Source: Tubulanus polymorphus (Eukaryota; Animalia; Nemertea). Taken from it: a stretch of DNA of 64,000 bases. The DNA lies in assembly GCF_964204645.1 (NCBI RefSeq), contig NC_134027.1, forward strand, positions 2,574,485 through 2,638,484, in the 5' to 3' direction. Positions within the stretch are counted from its first letter, which is position 1, and every line of letters starts with the position of its first letter. Positions 12,982 through 24,728 of this stretch are shown here, piece by piece. The translations under genes were made by a program, and so were the position numbers. The notes beneath the pieces were generated by a model. That model did not search any database. It saw only the letters and a program-made list of their open reading frames with translations, and had not been told where the DNA came from.

Positions 12982-15902
12982 CTCAAATGTATAAGATGTT
13001 ATTTGAGTTCCTGTTTGTGCCTCACTTCCATAAACCTCCAATTCATCCATTTCATCCATTTTTGATATATCAGATGCTGTTGATGAGAATTTAAAAGTTT
13101 ACTTACAATGTTCACAAAAGTTTAATGCGGTTAATTTTGATACAATCCAAATATTATTTACTCTCATCTGTATATATAGTCAAAAATTCATTGTAGTTGA
13201 GACGATCATTATATTGATTTGACTTACGCATAGTAAAATTAGTGATGACTTAAGCGAGTTTGACTATAGATATATACGGGTTAGATAATCGGATCTCAGA
13301 ACTTACCCATCCAATCACCTAATGTATCCAAACGTTTCTTTTTACTCGGAGGTTCCTCCTAAAATATCGACCAATGATGTTATGAACATGGAACTATAAT
13401 TCGAGCCCTTTTCGATGAGGTTTACATTAACCTACCTGTGTCTGGATACCAGTAACAGGATCGCTATCTTTCTGAGTGTATTTCAGCAATAGCGAATTGC
13501 CAACCCGAGAACCTAGGAAAATATAGCCATTTTCACAGTCGCACATCTGTAAAATTTTAATAAATGATACTGGAGTTTTTTTCTTTTCATGACTGCTGAG
13601 CAACATTCAGGGTACTATTAGCGGGTTCAACAAGGAGATGAGGCCAGAGAATGAGTATGACATAGTATCAATGAGAAAACATGGCCCGTATAAGCTGTAA
13701 CCCGAGGCCTAACTAAATTCATTATTCATTTGAGTTTATTACATGTAGTTAATACCGGTCTAATGTGAATGAATTAAATATAGATGACCTAAGAATAACA
13801 ATATTGTATATTTACACATGTAGTTATGACACTGGAAGCTGCTTTATCGAGGTTTAAATTTCGCACACTTCTCATTCCATCGACCAATAATGTGACTACG
13901 TAGATATCGCCATCTTTCAGCGAAAACACCAACCGATCGTGACTAAGGAATGTAGCTTGAGCGCAGTCTAAACTCAGTTTCACTCCTTCTTGCATTTCTG
14001 AATAACCGAAATGGAATTAGATCATAAGATAATAAGATACGGGTATACAACTGGTAGACTGATATTTATCTTTTGCTTGTATGTTAATTGTCATTCTATG
14101 ATAGAAATTGATGAAAGAAACGTACTCAATGGGAATGATGTCGAAGCTTCGGCGATGCTGTTCAAAGACACTCCGTACGGCGGGAAACTTTGGTTTAAAT
14201 ATAACATCGAGTTTACAGCACAAACTAAGACTCCACCTATCGGAAATATAACAATGAATCAATCAGAGAATTCTAGAATTGTTAGCAAAAAGCATTTCGA
14301 TAATAACAATGTTCCACAAACCTATAGGTTTAGGGACTGGTAGTGCTTGTGTACAATCAAAGGGAAGGTTTCCGAGGGACCAGATTATCGGATGAACTCG
14401 TTCTTGGATATTCAATGATATGGCAACGATACTTTTGTTATCCTGTCGGACTGCGACTCGACTACAAAAACAAATACAACATAATATTGATTTCTAGAAA
14501 TTGGAAATATCGAATTACACATCAACACATGTACACGTACCCGGGCCATGTTCGTAGTGGTTCATACAATATAAATAGAGTAGGTTCGAAATATCCATGA
14601 AGAAACTGTATATCGACGATATTATCAATTTTCTCATCAAGTTGATGCATGTCTATTGTATACGATGATAGTATTGGTGATTGCCTGAAAAACAAATTCA
14701 AAACGTCAATCACAAAATTTCCGATTACAGATGACGCCGATAACAATCACGCTTACATATTTGTTCCTAATTTTTCGAAATCATCGCTGATTCCTTCTTT
14801 ACGAAACGGCAAAACAACCAAATGTTCGCCGTATATCAAAGAGACGGCACATCGGTTCTCCGGGTCAACTCGTACAATAGGTAGAAACGGATGCTGTACC
14901 CGACCAGCCTAGAAGAAGCATTTCAAATATATCATTGTCATCTTTCGAACCACAAAATACATTTATACCTGTGACAATGTGCGACATACCTTGAGATTTT
15001 CTTCTTCGAAATAATGAAGCGACGAAGTCTTCAAATCATGAGTCCCAGGATCATATTCGACAAGAGATACCTAAAATAATTCGCAAAACGACAATTTTCA
15101 GAAATTTAATGACTCATCGGACATGATATTAAGCAATAAAAGAATCAATACAAACTTACCTTAGCATAAATGAAGAAATCCCACACTTCGAATTTAAAAT
15201 TATACGATCAAATTTATTATTACGAAACCACAACGTTTCGGCTGTTGACTAACAGCCATCATCAGGTGTTTTTCTGGTCATTCCACCTGATGATGGCTGT
15301 TAGTCAACAGCCGAAACGTTGTGGTTTCTTTATAATAAATTTGATCGTATAATTTCAAATTCGAAGTGTGGGATTTCTTCATTTATCTACAGTTTACACG
15401 GATTATAGTGTTTATTCGACAACTTACCTTAGCATCTTTGAAACTAAGAAGCAATGCATCACGATTAGCTCCAGAAAGTCTGACAGACTGAACTGAAGCA
15501 CAATTACCAAAGAATGAAAATACGCCTAAACATTCCAATTTTTTCTTCTTAACTTTAAGTTCTGAAATTGAGAATAGATTTTTATAAATGTATTATATGT
15601 TTTCAATAAGTCTACTTTAATAAAGAATATAAAGTCTACTACGCTCACCTGCATTGATGTCTTTGCTCTGAAAATGGTACGAAATGAAGATAGAGATTAC
15701 ACATGAACAAATTCAGTAAATATAGAAATCTTTTCATGGCATTTACGAACTGTTTTACCTCAACTTCTGAATTCAGTCTGTAAACACTGAGCTGCGATGA
15801 ACCAACTATCACTAAATTCTTTTCTTGTGTCGAGAAGAAATGACAGTATAAACAGTGTTCTACTGCAGTAGGGGGGTGAAGCTGTCGGTATATTGCGTAC
15901 AT
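12982..15902 (-). CDS. CPSF1: Cleavage and polyadenylation specificity factor subunit 1 (CPSF160), 5' part only; about 12 coding exons in window
   Basis: Spliced translation: [38 protein letters not shown] / [12 protein letters not shown] / [22 protein letters not shown] / [10 protein letters not shown] / [25 protein letters not shown] / [23 protein letters not shown] / [15 protein letters not shown] / [12 protein letters not shown] / [17 protein letters not shown] / [21 protein letters not shown], all with GT-AG junctions. Last visible exon 12982-13076; includes a 19-nt exon at about 15648-15666. Confidence 0.95.
15168..15420. mobile_element. Palindromic Penelope-like retroelement fragment with 15-bp target-site duplication
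   Basis: About 103-bp near-perfect inverted arms (15166-15268 and 15284-15386) plus a 34-bp unique tail; flanked by the direct repeat AACTTACCTTAGCAT (15153-15167, 15421-15435). Confidence 0.8.
15283..15324 (+). ncRNA. Minimal type I hammerhead ribozyme (Penelope type); mirror copy on the - strand at about 15228-15270
   Basis: CCAC-CUGAUGA-U-GGCUGUU(AGUC)AACAGCC-GAAACGUU-GUGG: intact core, 7-bp stem II, stem III reduced to palindromic ACGU, stem I CCAC/GUGG. Confidence 0.75.
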
Positions 15903-16295
15903 TATTCACAACTTCACACAAGATTTCTGTGAAATTCTAGAAAGACAAGACAATAAAAGGGTCCAGATCAGTCATTCTTGGATTTAGAGTTTTCAAGGAG
16001 AAAATTTCAAATTTCTAGAAAGCGTCCCCATCACTGAAGTTGAAGTTAAACTTACAACCAATGATTCTAATGTAACGGGCCCAAAAATGTGTCGCAAACC
16101 TGACCAACTTGAACCTACCCTCCTCTTTTTATGCACCAACATCAAACAACAAGAGGTTTTAGGCCTACTTTAACTTTTTTAGTTAGGCTTTTTAGTAGGC
16201 CTACTACAGCCTAATTCATTCTTCCTAGGCCTTTCACAGAAAAATAGCAACTCAAGTTATGCAACTTGGTATTATTATAGGAAAAGACTTAGAAG

Positions 16296-16503
16296 GCGCC
16301 AAATCTTGATTTTGATGCACCTTTACCGTAATTTAATTTAATTTGAATTTGGATGGAAGTAATTCTTTGGAAGCTATTTCTACAAGTTTCGCAGTCAATA
16401 AGTGAATGCCAGTATTATCAAATAGAACAAACTGTATTCATGTTTTAGAGATAAACTGTATAGAGGCTGTCAGATAACGTACAAACGCGTTTGAAGCGCC
16501 AAA
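16296..16503 (-). promoter_or_regulatory. CPSF1/PPIB divergent promoter region with two E2F-like sites and probable CPSF1 non-coding exon donors
   Basis: TTTGGCGC on the - strand at 16296-16303 and 16496-16503; - strand donors G|GTAAAG (about 16326) and GG|GTAAGT (about 16545); the two start codons are about 880 bp apart. Confidence 0.4.
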
Positions 16504-16784
16504 ACATCAAGAAAAAGCAAGAATTTTAAAAATTGGGTCACTTACCCGGCTCCACAATTTACGACATTAACACCGACCGTTCAACAATGAGAATGAAAAT
16601 AAATATAATATCCTCAAATCTAAATTCTTCTTTGCAGTATTTAATATCGAATTCAAGAAAATAAATATTTTGCTTTTGTACCCTTATTCATTTTCATCAA
16701 TCGTATTTTTGTTAGTTTTTACGACTATATTTTTCGTCGTCGTGGCAGAAAACAGTTTACGGCAAGATCTGACACGAAACGAAG

Positions 16785-17917
16785 ATGAATCTCCTCGCAG
16801 TATTTCCACTTATCGTCGGTTTTTGTCTGGTAAGTTAACTTTATTAAACATCTGAAACCGTCAATTTATTGGATTCAATCTCGAGAGTATTTAGATTATA
16901 GTTGTCATGACTTTTTATTCGAAAATATCATGTTTGAACTGCTTGAAAAGTTTAGCTCTATCGAGCACTGGCACGCGAGAGCGGTGGCAGCACTAGTCGG
17001 TCGTGAGTTAGCGCGAATAGCGGGCCGGCTGTATGTACGCTATAATTTTGTAAATTTATTTATTTCTTTCTCTTTTTTTTGATTGTTTGACTTGTAATAA
17101 TGTAACGCTCTCCTGTGAAAATAAATTGAAATTGTAAAATGTAACTAGATTGTTCGTATTCTTATCTTTTAGGCCAGTGAAACTACCGTCACGAAAAAAG
17201 TCTATTTAGATATGAAAATTGGTGATGAGAAAATTGGACGCATTGTGATTGGCTTATTTGGAAATGTAGTTCCAAAAACATCGGCAAACTTTGCACAGCT
17301 AGCAGCTGGGACTCCAGGCTACGGTTACACTGGCAGCAAATTTCACCGCGTCATCAAGCAATTTATGCTTCAAGGTAAAGTATTTTAACTTTTCAATCTT
17401 TTTTGCATCGATTAAGAAAGAAAGTGAATTTTGAAACAAATAACATTTTGCTGTTATCATATTTTTAGGTGGAGACTTCAGTGAAGGAGATGGTTCCGGA
17501 AGTCAAAGTATTTATGGAAAATATTTCCCTGATGAGAACTTCAATCTTGATCATTACGGCGCTGGATGGGTTAGCATGGCTAATGCAGGTCAGAATTTCA
17601 GCAGCAGTGATAACAAAATGCATTTGATTCATTAAAAAGACCTCGAATATTCATTTGAAATTCGGTCTTTAATCGTTTCAGGCAAAGATACAAATGGTTC
17701 GCAGTTTTTCATAACGACAGTCGCTACTCCGTGGTTGAATGGTCATCATACAGTATTTGGTAAAGTACTGGAAGGAATGGATGTCATAAAACAGATTGAA
17801 AATACCCGCACCGATGAAAAAGACAAACCGCTACAAGATGTTGTCATCGCTGATAGTGGAGTCATCGAAGTAGATACACCTTTTCAAGTAGATAAATTAG
17901 GCGTAAATGAATTATAA
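16785..17917 (+). CDS. PPIB: Secretory-pathway cyclophilin (peptidyl-prolyl cis-trans isomerase B-like), 200 aa, 4 exons
   Basis: Exons 16785-16829, 17173-17374, 17469-17588, 17682-17917 (603 nt). Signal peptide [16 protein letters not shown]; motifs [74 protein letters not shown]; C-terminal VNEL. Confidence 0.93.
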
Positions 17918-19070
17918 TTATGTCCTGAAATATGTCGAGTTTGAGACTTTTTAGATAGACGAGTTTGAGACTATTCGATATACCTACCCGTTTGAGATTA
18001 TTAATATCTGTGGTTATTTTGAGATGAGATTAAAAAGTCTTTCAAAATCCATCCATCGGAACTTAGTACATAATGCTATCAAAATACTAGTTGTTTGATT
18101 CTGATTTTGTAGTCGATATATAATAAAGTTTAGCTATAGAAACATGGTGCTATATAAACCTGCATTTAAGATTATCCATTGCCTTCTTATCAATGTTTAT
18201 TATTCTTTGCTTAAATGTTGATGTTATTCATATTTCGCTGTATACGGCATTTTCATTGTATTGTTTTATATGATCTTTTTGTTTTATTACAAAATTTGTA
18301 CAGATTTTATATGAAATTTGCAACGGAATAAAATGATAATCACTGAAAGGCAACCTCGGTATATGTATATATTTTATTGATTTATCTGCTCATTTGGAGG
18401 ATATCTTCACAAATACATGAGATCATATCAACTTGTATCCAAATATATAAATCCTTTATGGACAACTCTGAAAAAAGTTTTCACACAGAACTTGTGCGTG
18501 GTTTGTGTGATGAATGACAATAAATATAGTTATGTATATCTGCATTCCTCGCATGCTACAGAAGAATAACTAGGCTCCGTAAAAGATCTTAGCCGTTCAG
18601 TGATGTCGAATAACGATAGTGGAATTTCTTTTAGGGGATGATATTCTAATTTTACCTGAAACTTAAGCGCTAGGAATTCAGCGCTAGGTCCATCAGTGGG
18701 TTCTTGTATCCTTTTGATAAATCAATAAGAATGTTCCGACTTAGCTTAACACGCTCTTAGCCAAGGTTTTCATTCGTGCCAATGATTCATTTTACGGATA
18801 ATACGAGTTGAGGAACTTTTGGGGAGGGTTTGTGACAAAAATATAAAAGTATAACATCGATATTTATGTATCAAAATTTGAATCTAAAATGATACGATGT
18901 TTCGGACTTTCAATGACGATAATGTCAGTTTAAGAAATAACATTTCACACAAATCAAATCGACGTTACGTGGTTTGCTTGCAAAAAGTCTGACCAGCAAA
19001 CCGAAGCTAATACAATATACAATACAACGTGCTGCCATTTGGAAGAGTTCTGTAAATTTGGAAATAAAAT

Positions 19071-20910
19071 TCAGACGTTTTCGACGTTTTGAAGTCGCTC
19101 GAGTCTCTCCAGTTCTTGCAGTCGGAATCGTCTGAATTGACTCGATCCGCGCCACCGTCTGTAACCATTAAACGCGGACGCCGCGCACATGCACATACAC
19201 ACGTAGCCCAATACCTGCAAAAAAAGTTTTTCCTTTTTCAAAACGAACGTCTCGATATTTATTCTAAGATGCAAACCCCGAAGAAATGCTATAAATTATC
19301 AGCCCGCTGCTTTTATCAAATAACCGATAAGAATGCTTTTCTTCATGAGTTAACGTACCGTGGCAACGATTAACTGTTGTATGATAGACTGTCGAATTAT
19401 TCCATCTCGTTGATACGATACGACAGCACCGGCGATCAAAGAGGCAGCTACTAGATACATGAAGGTGAACCATGAAAAAACAGCGAGGTCCTGTCAAAAA
19501 TGAAATATATCAATTAGCGTACTGCGCAATTATCATTGATGTAGAACAACATCAGTTATACATTGGTATCATTGAGATAAACCCACAATCTACTTTCCTA
19601 AACGACTGTTAATGTTTTTTTTCTTAAGTTTCGAGCGGAATCACTTTCTTCCAACCACTTTCAGAGTTTATTTGAAAATGAGATTTTGAAATTTTCTAAA
19701 ATTTTCAAATGGAAAAAATGAAAATTTCAAATAAACTCTGAAGATTTCGAAGAAACGTAAGAAACTCTCAAGAAACGTAATTAAAAAAAAAAACATGCAA
19801 TGAACAGTTATGTGAATTGATACTGTGGGTTTCTCTAGATGATAATCATCAAGACTTCGAAATAGTGAAACCAATTATTTACATCCAGCAGACCTTATGA
19901 AAAAAATGTTGATTAAGCGGTACTAGCGTTCTCTAATTTAGTCACACTATCAATTACTTTTTATTTCATCGAAATTATAGACACTCTTCATTATCTGCTA
20001 TTTAAAAAGTTGGTAGGCACGAAACTTCATACTTAGACATTCACACATTGATGCTTAGAAACTTACCACGAAATGCCAATTAAACTGGAACATTTTAATA
20101 AGTCCTGTTGTCTGTAGCAGCAAGAGAACGATACATGTCATAAAACAGGAAACGGTGACGAATACATACATGCGCATGTGTGAATCCATCGGTAATAAAA
20201 GATAAGCACCCGGGAAATCACCGACACATGTCACAAATCCTAATCCAATAATGGAAGTTACCTAAATACAAATTGGAGAAAATAGATTCATGTTGGATAC
20301 GTTATTGACAAAATATTGTTCTAGAGAGTTTTTGTTCAATCAGAAAATGATTTTAGCCATTTTATGTTTTCGTTTTTCGATTGCTTGGTTTGAATTGTTA
20401 TTTTTTCAGACTTTGCTAGAATAAATTTTCTGCAGCTGTTTAAACCAAACGGGCGGCTCAGTCACGTACACATTGCAATTGTTACAATGACTAAATGAAA
20501 ATATCATCATAATCTAATCTATACGAACATATGATTAAAAAAGAGTACGAATATGATATTCAATCTTCCAAAATACATGCATCTCAGAAATCTTGTCGAT
20601 GCAGAACACTCACAGCGAGAAGGAATTTAACAATCCCAGGTCCAGTGCGTAGATATCTATCATCAAACTTCACAATGACTTTATATTCTAAATTCTCATC
20701 GGAAAGATGGTTTTCCATCGCTGCAGAATTGCGATCTTGTGTAACGACTCGATTAGGGTCGGTTTTATTAACGTGTCGTCGTTCTAAAGATTGTACGTCG
20801 TCTGCCATCTTGGTTTCGTGTCGCAGCTGCTGCTGCTGCTGCTGCTGTCTCTCGGAATAATCATCTAACAGCATCACGCGTATCTCGTTCAATAGCGGCG
20901 TTTGATGCAT
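19071..20910 (-). CDS. MARVEL-domain four-transmembrane protein (CMTM/plasmolipin-like), 4 exons
   Basis: Exons 20614-20910 (alternative ATG at 20808, MADDVQ, with good Kozak context), 20067-20261, 19359-19490, 19071-19214, all phase 0. MARVEL-type start FDDRYLRTGPGIVK, four hydrophobic segments, FNWHFV|D before TM3. Confidence 0.8.
20823..20847 (-). repeat. (CAG)n repeat encoding poly-Q in the putative MARVEL N-terminal extension
   Basis: The CTG run on + reads QQQQQQQ on -. Confidence 0.85.
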
Positions 20911-22751
20911 TATCCAGAGCTCTCTGTCCGCGAAACAGTCACGTTCGCACTGCAGTTCCTCAGTACAGGTTTCATACAGGGTCGATAGCGCCGACAGCTA
21001 GTAGCTGTCATGTGAAAACACTGGAGAGTTTCTTATTTACACAAAATAACTGGTATTTTCAGTATTACATATAGCATAGCATGGTTTAAAAGTAGTAAGT
21101 AAGCACTTCTTTGGTGCGAAAAAAGTAATCATTAGCGCATTAGCGATTGCGGCCGGCCTAGTGTCTTGTGAAACCACCTGGACAGACTGACCCTGAACAC
21201 GAATTATTCTCTTTCTAACAAAAATCAAACAAATCATTTCTATTGAAGATTCGGTTTTAAAACTTATTAGAATAATTCCATTAAATGAAGCATTTGTATT
21301 GATGGAATCGGTGATAGAAACAATTCGCCCACCGCGGTAAAAATAGCGAGATCAGCACTTAAACGTCTAGTGCTGCCTCGCTATTCCACTGTGGCATGCG
21401 AGGATATTTTTGTAAGTCAAGTTTCGTTTTTTTTTTATTTACTACATGTACAAACCTATGAGGTTTCCTCCTGGTTTGAATGAAATAAACGCTTTCCAAT
21501 TCTACTTAAATCGAATCGAGTGCGAAAAATGGCACTCCATGCAATTGCAACTATGAGCTTTCAAGCCTCAGAAAACGAATGAAACGAAAGAGTTTTTATT
21601 TACACAATTGTCTTGTTTTATTTTGTCCTGTTGTATATAAAAATTACTTAATCACTGCATTAATGGTTTTGTTAAGTTTATATTTACAATGTTAACACAA
21701 AAACCGTTACTACTACAATATAATATTGCCTTCATAAACAGTAGTTCAATTCTACCTTTTAGTCATCATCGATCTATGGTTGAAATCCTTCAGGAGAGCT
21801 CAGTTCTGCAGGCGTTTAAATTGATATTTAGGGCATGGCTTTGAATATTTGTTAATCCTATCGCTTTTAGCTTGACTACAACATCGAGGATTATATTGAT
21901 TCTAAAATGCAGATTCACTTAAGCTTCCACAACAAACTAGGGACGACTGACTAATAGGTAGAGATCTAATTACATGTCTCTCTAGTAGAAATCAAACTGC
22001 TAGATTTAAAGTAAACTGAAGGTGCATCAATTGACTTCGTAATAAGAATATTAATAATATAAATATACTTTTAACCGATGAAGATAGTAAATATCTTTTT
22101 AAATCATATAATAATTAAACAATTTAACATGTGTCGAAGAAAGATTTTGAAGCGATTGTAAATTCAATGAACCACCTGCTTAAACCAGAGAAACATAATT
22201 CAGTTATTAAACAATCAAACTCAAAATTTATGACGAAAACGTAATAATAATCAACTGAATCAGTGATGAAATAATGTGACCAAATAAATGTGTACGTAAA
22301 ATAAATTTGAAATAATGTTGTTATGAATTTCGCGGTGCAAAAATTTCTGCTTTACTTTCCTGATTAATAATTATTAACCACCATTTTATATTGAAAGCTG
22401 TTGATCATTGATTAAATGAATATCCATTCAGAATGGATTCATACAGGTGCGACACGTCTTAAAAAGTTTATTTCAACGAGAAAGCACCCTTTATTTTATC
22501 CACACTTTTATAACAGCAACGCCTTATTTTCAGATGTCATTTTTTTCGTTTTTCAAGATTCTAAAATGCGAAAGAGAATATGTTTAATTTCATCCGAGTC
22601 AATTCAAAATGAGTCATGACCCCATTTCATGAAAAAGTTTAACTCATATTTTGTTACTTCTTTTCGATGAGGACAACAATTCAAACTTAACAGTTTTAAG
22701 CTTAAACTTTTCCGTAAAACTGGACCCGGGTTCCAAAATACTAACGTCTAT

Positions 22752-24488
22752 TTAGAAGTGTTTGAGAAATTCTTCGGCTGATATTCTTGCTCTTGCATTG
22801 ATTGCTAGTTTCATGTTGCTGATTTCTTTATCTATTTCTTCCATGAAATTGATAATAAAATCGACCAACTTGTGTTTATACATTTGTTCAGTGTGGAAAT
22901 TTGTTATTAGAAAACTAATGTCGTAGCCCTGTCGAAAAGAAACAAGATTGGATTAATTGAAAATTTGCATCAACTTCTATTTCATCACAATCACTACTGG
23001 TAATCAGTGATTTACCTCTATTGGTTTTCGTCTCAGTACAACAAAGCTTTCAGCTCGCATCATCATAAATCGCATAAACTTTTTGCATAAAATTCTTTCA
23101 AGTTCGTCGGCCTAAGAAATAAATGAAAGAAATAATCTTTAAGACTGTAGATTTTGCAGTGCAGTAAACCCAGCAGATCGGTAATACATACCTGTTTGAT
23201 GGCAATACTTATTCTAAGGGAATTTATTGATCCTTCAATTAAAACCTTTTCTTTTTCATTTCTACTAATCATAACGGGAGTTAATAGCAATTCTTTACTA
23301 CTCCTAAAATATATGTAAACAACATGGTATATTGCAATTGGAATAAAGTAAGGACAATCAGAATTGACGGGGCCCAGTTCTCAAAAGCTGGTTAGAGTTG
23401 AACAATGAAGTTTTAATTGTCATTTTCTAAACTCTCCACTGGCCAACTTCATTCGGATCTGACCCAAATGGATTACGCCGACCTTTGAAGTGTTGCCAGC
23501 ATGCTGTAAGCAGCTTCCAGCAGGAATTGAACAGAACCCATCACACCCATCACGCTGAACTACAGAGGTGAACTTCAACCAACGTTTGAGTAACTGACCC
23601 GAAGTTCCAGTTCACAGTTAAGTTTAAATCATTAAAGATAATCTGATTTTAACTCTTAACATAAAGTCAAAGCTGTGTCCTGTATTCAGCAGTTTATCAC
23701 AGACGCACCTAACTTCAACCTCTGGTTTGTTGTGTCGTTCGACTACTTGAGATGAAAAGTTTTCTAGACACATCGCTGCTGTTAGAGTGTGTCTGACTGC
23801 ATTCAGGTATGGTTTAAGGGTAGCAGCCTGAAAATAAAATCACATCAATAATGTTTTTTGCATAGGCCCAATCACCAAAACTATTATGACACCCCAGTTA
23901 TTTATTAAGAAGTGGATATTTTGCAGACACAACATTATTTTAGAAACCGCTATGGGTTAGGTTGAGAGCTATGTAGTTAAAACATTCGAATGCATCAACG
24001 GGCTAGATAATTTGGTGGAAAGACTCTTTTCTCAACTCTTGTTGCTTCCCTGAATTTGGTAAGTCGCCCGCTTTGACATGCACGGCGTTAATCAGCCAAA
24101 CAGAACGAGATATTAGCAATTATAATACTGCATCTCCAAATCGGCTGCCTGGCTATGAATGATATAGGGCTAAGCACAGCCTACTCGTCTCAGGAAATGA
24201 GTAACCAAATGAATGTGACCAGAGAAAACATAGTGATTGATTAACATGGTCAACCTGGTTCAAACTAAATATGAAAGCAACATCAAAACGTCAATAAATA
24301 AGGTAGCCCACTCCTCGTCAGTCCACTCCTTGCCTACAGATCAGGAGTCTGAGAGAAATAAACTCAGACTATCAAATCAGAGATTTCACTCGTTTCAGGG
24401 TTTTTGCTGTTTAAAGCAAGTTTTAAACACGATCGAAATATTAATTACTGATTTAACTTTAATAAACAGTTAAAGTCATACGTACCAT
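22752..24488 (-). CDS. ARPC4: Actin-related protein 2/3 complex subunit 4 (p20-Arc), 168 aa, 5 exons
   Basis: Exons 24486-24488 (ATG only), 23709-23827, 23192-23303, 23016-23111, 22752-22928 = 507 nt. [101 protein letters not shown]. Confidence 0.98.
23370..23600. mobile_element. MITE of the GGGCCCAGTT-terminus family (ARPC4 intron 2)
   Basis: GGGCCCAGTTCTCAAAAGCTGGTT ... AACCAACGTTTGAGTAACTGACCC imperfect inverted ends; relatives at about 22619-22727, 26020-26110, 34230-34360 and 48404-48470. Confidence 0.55.
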
Positions 24489-24654
24489 TTTGTATTTCGG
24501 GGCTCAAACTAACAAAAATTAACCAGGAAATACAGGAATGATTAACCGGGCACCTTGCAACCCGGAAGTAAATGGACCTATTGTAGTGTGGCTCCGCCTG
24601 CTGTCAGTCAATGCGATGATTTATATAAATACACACTTTCCCACTTTACCAACT

Positions 24655-24728
24655 GGCCGGTTAGCTCAGTCGGTTAGAGCGTCGTGCTAATAACGCGAAT
24701 GTCGTGGGTTCGACCCCCACACTGGCCA
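24655..24728 (+). tRNA. tRNA-Ile (anticodon AAT)
   Basis: Full cloverleaf: acceptor GGCCGGT/ACTGGCC, D-arm GCTC..GAGC, anticodon arm TCGTG-CTAATAA-CGCGA, T-arm GTGGG-TTCGACC-CCCAC; upstream TATATAAA at about -30 and TTTT terminator at 24733-24736. Confidence 0.97.
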
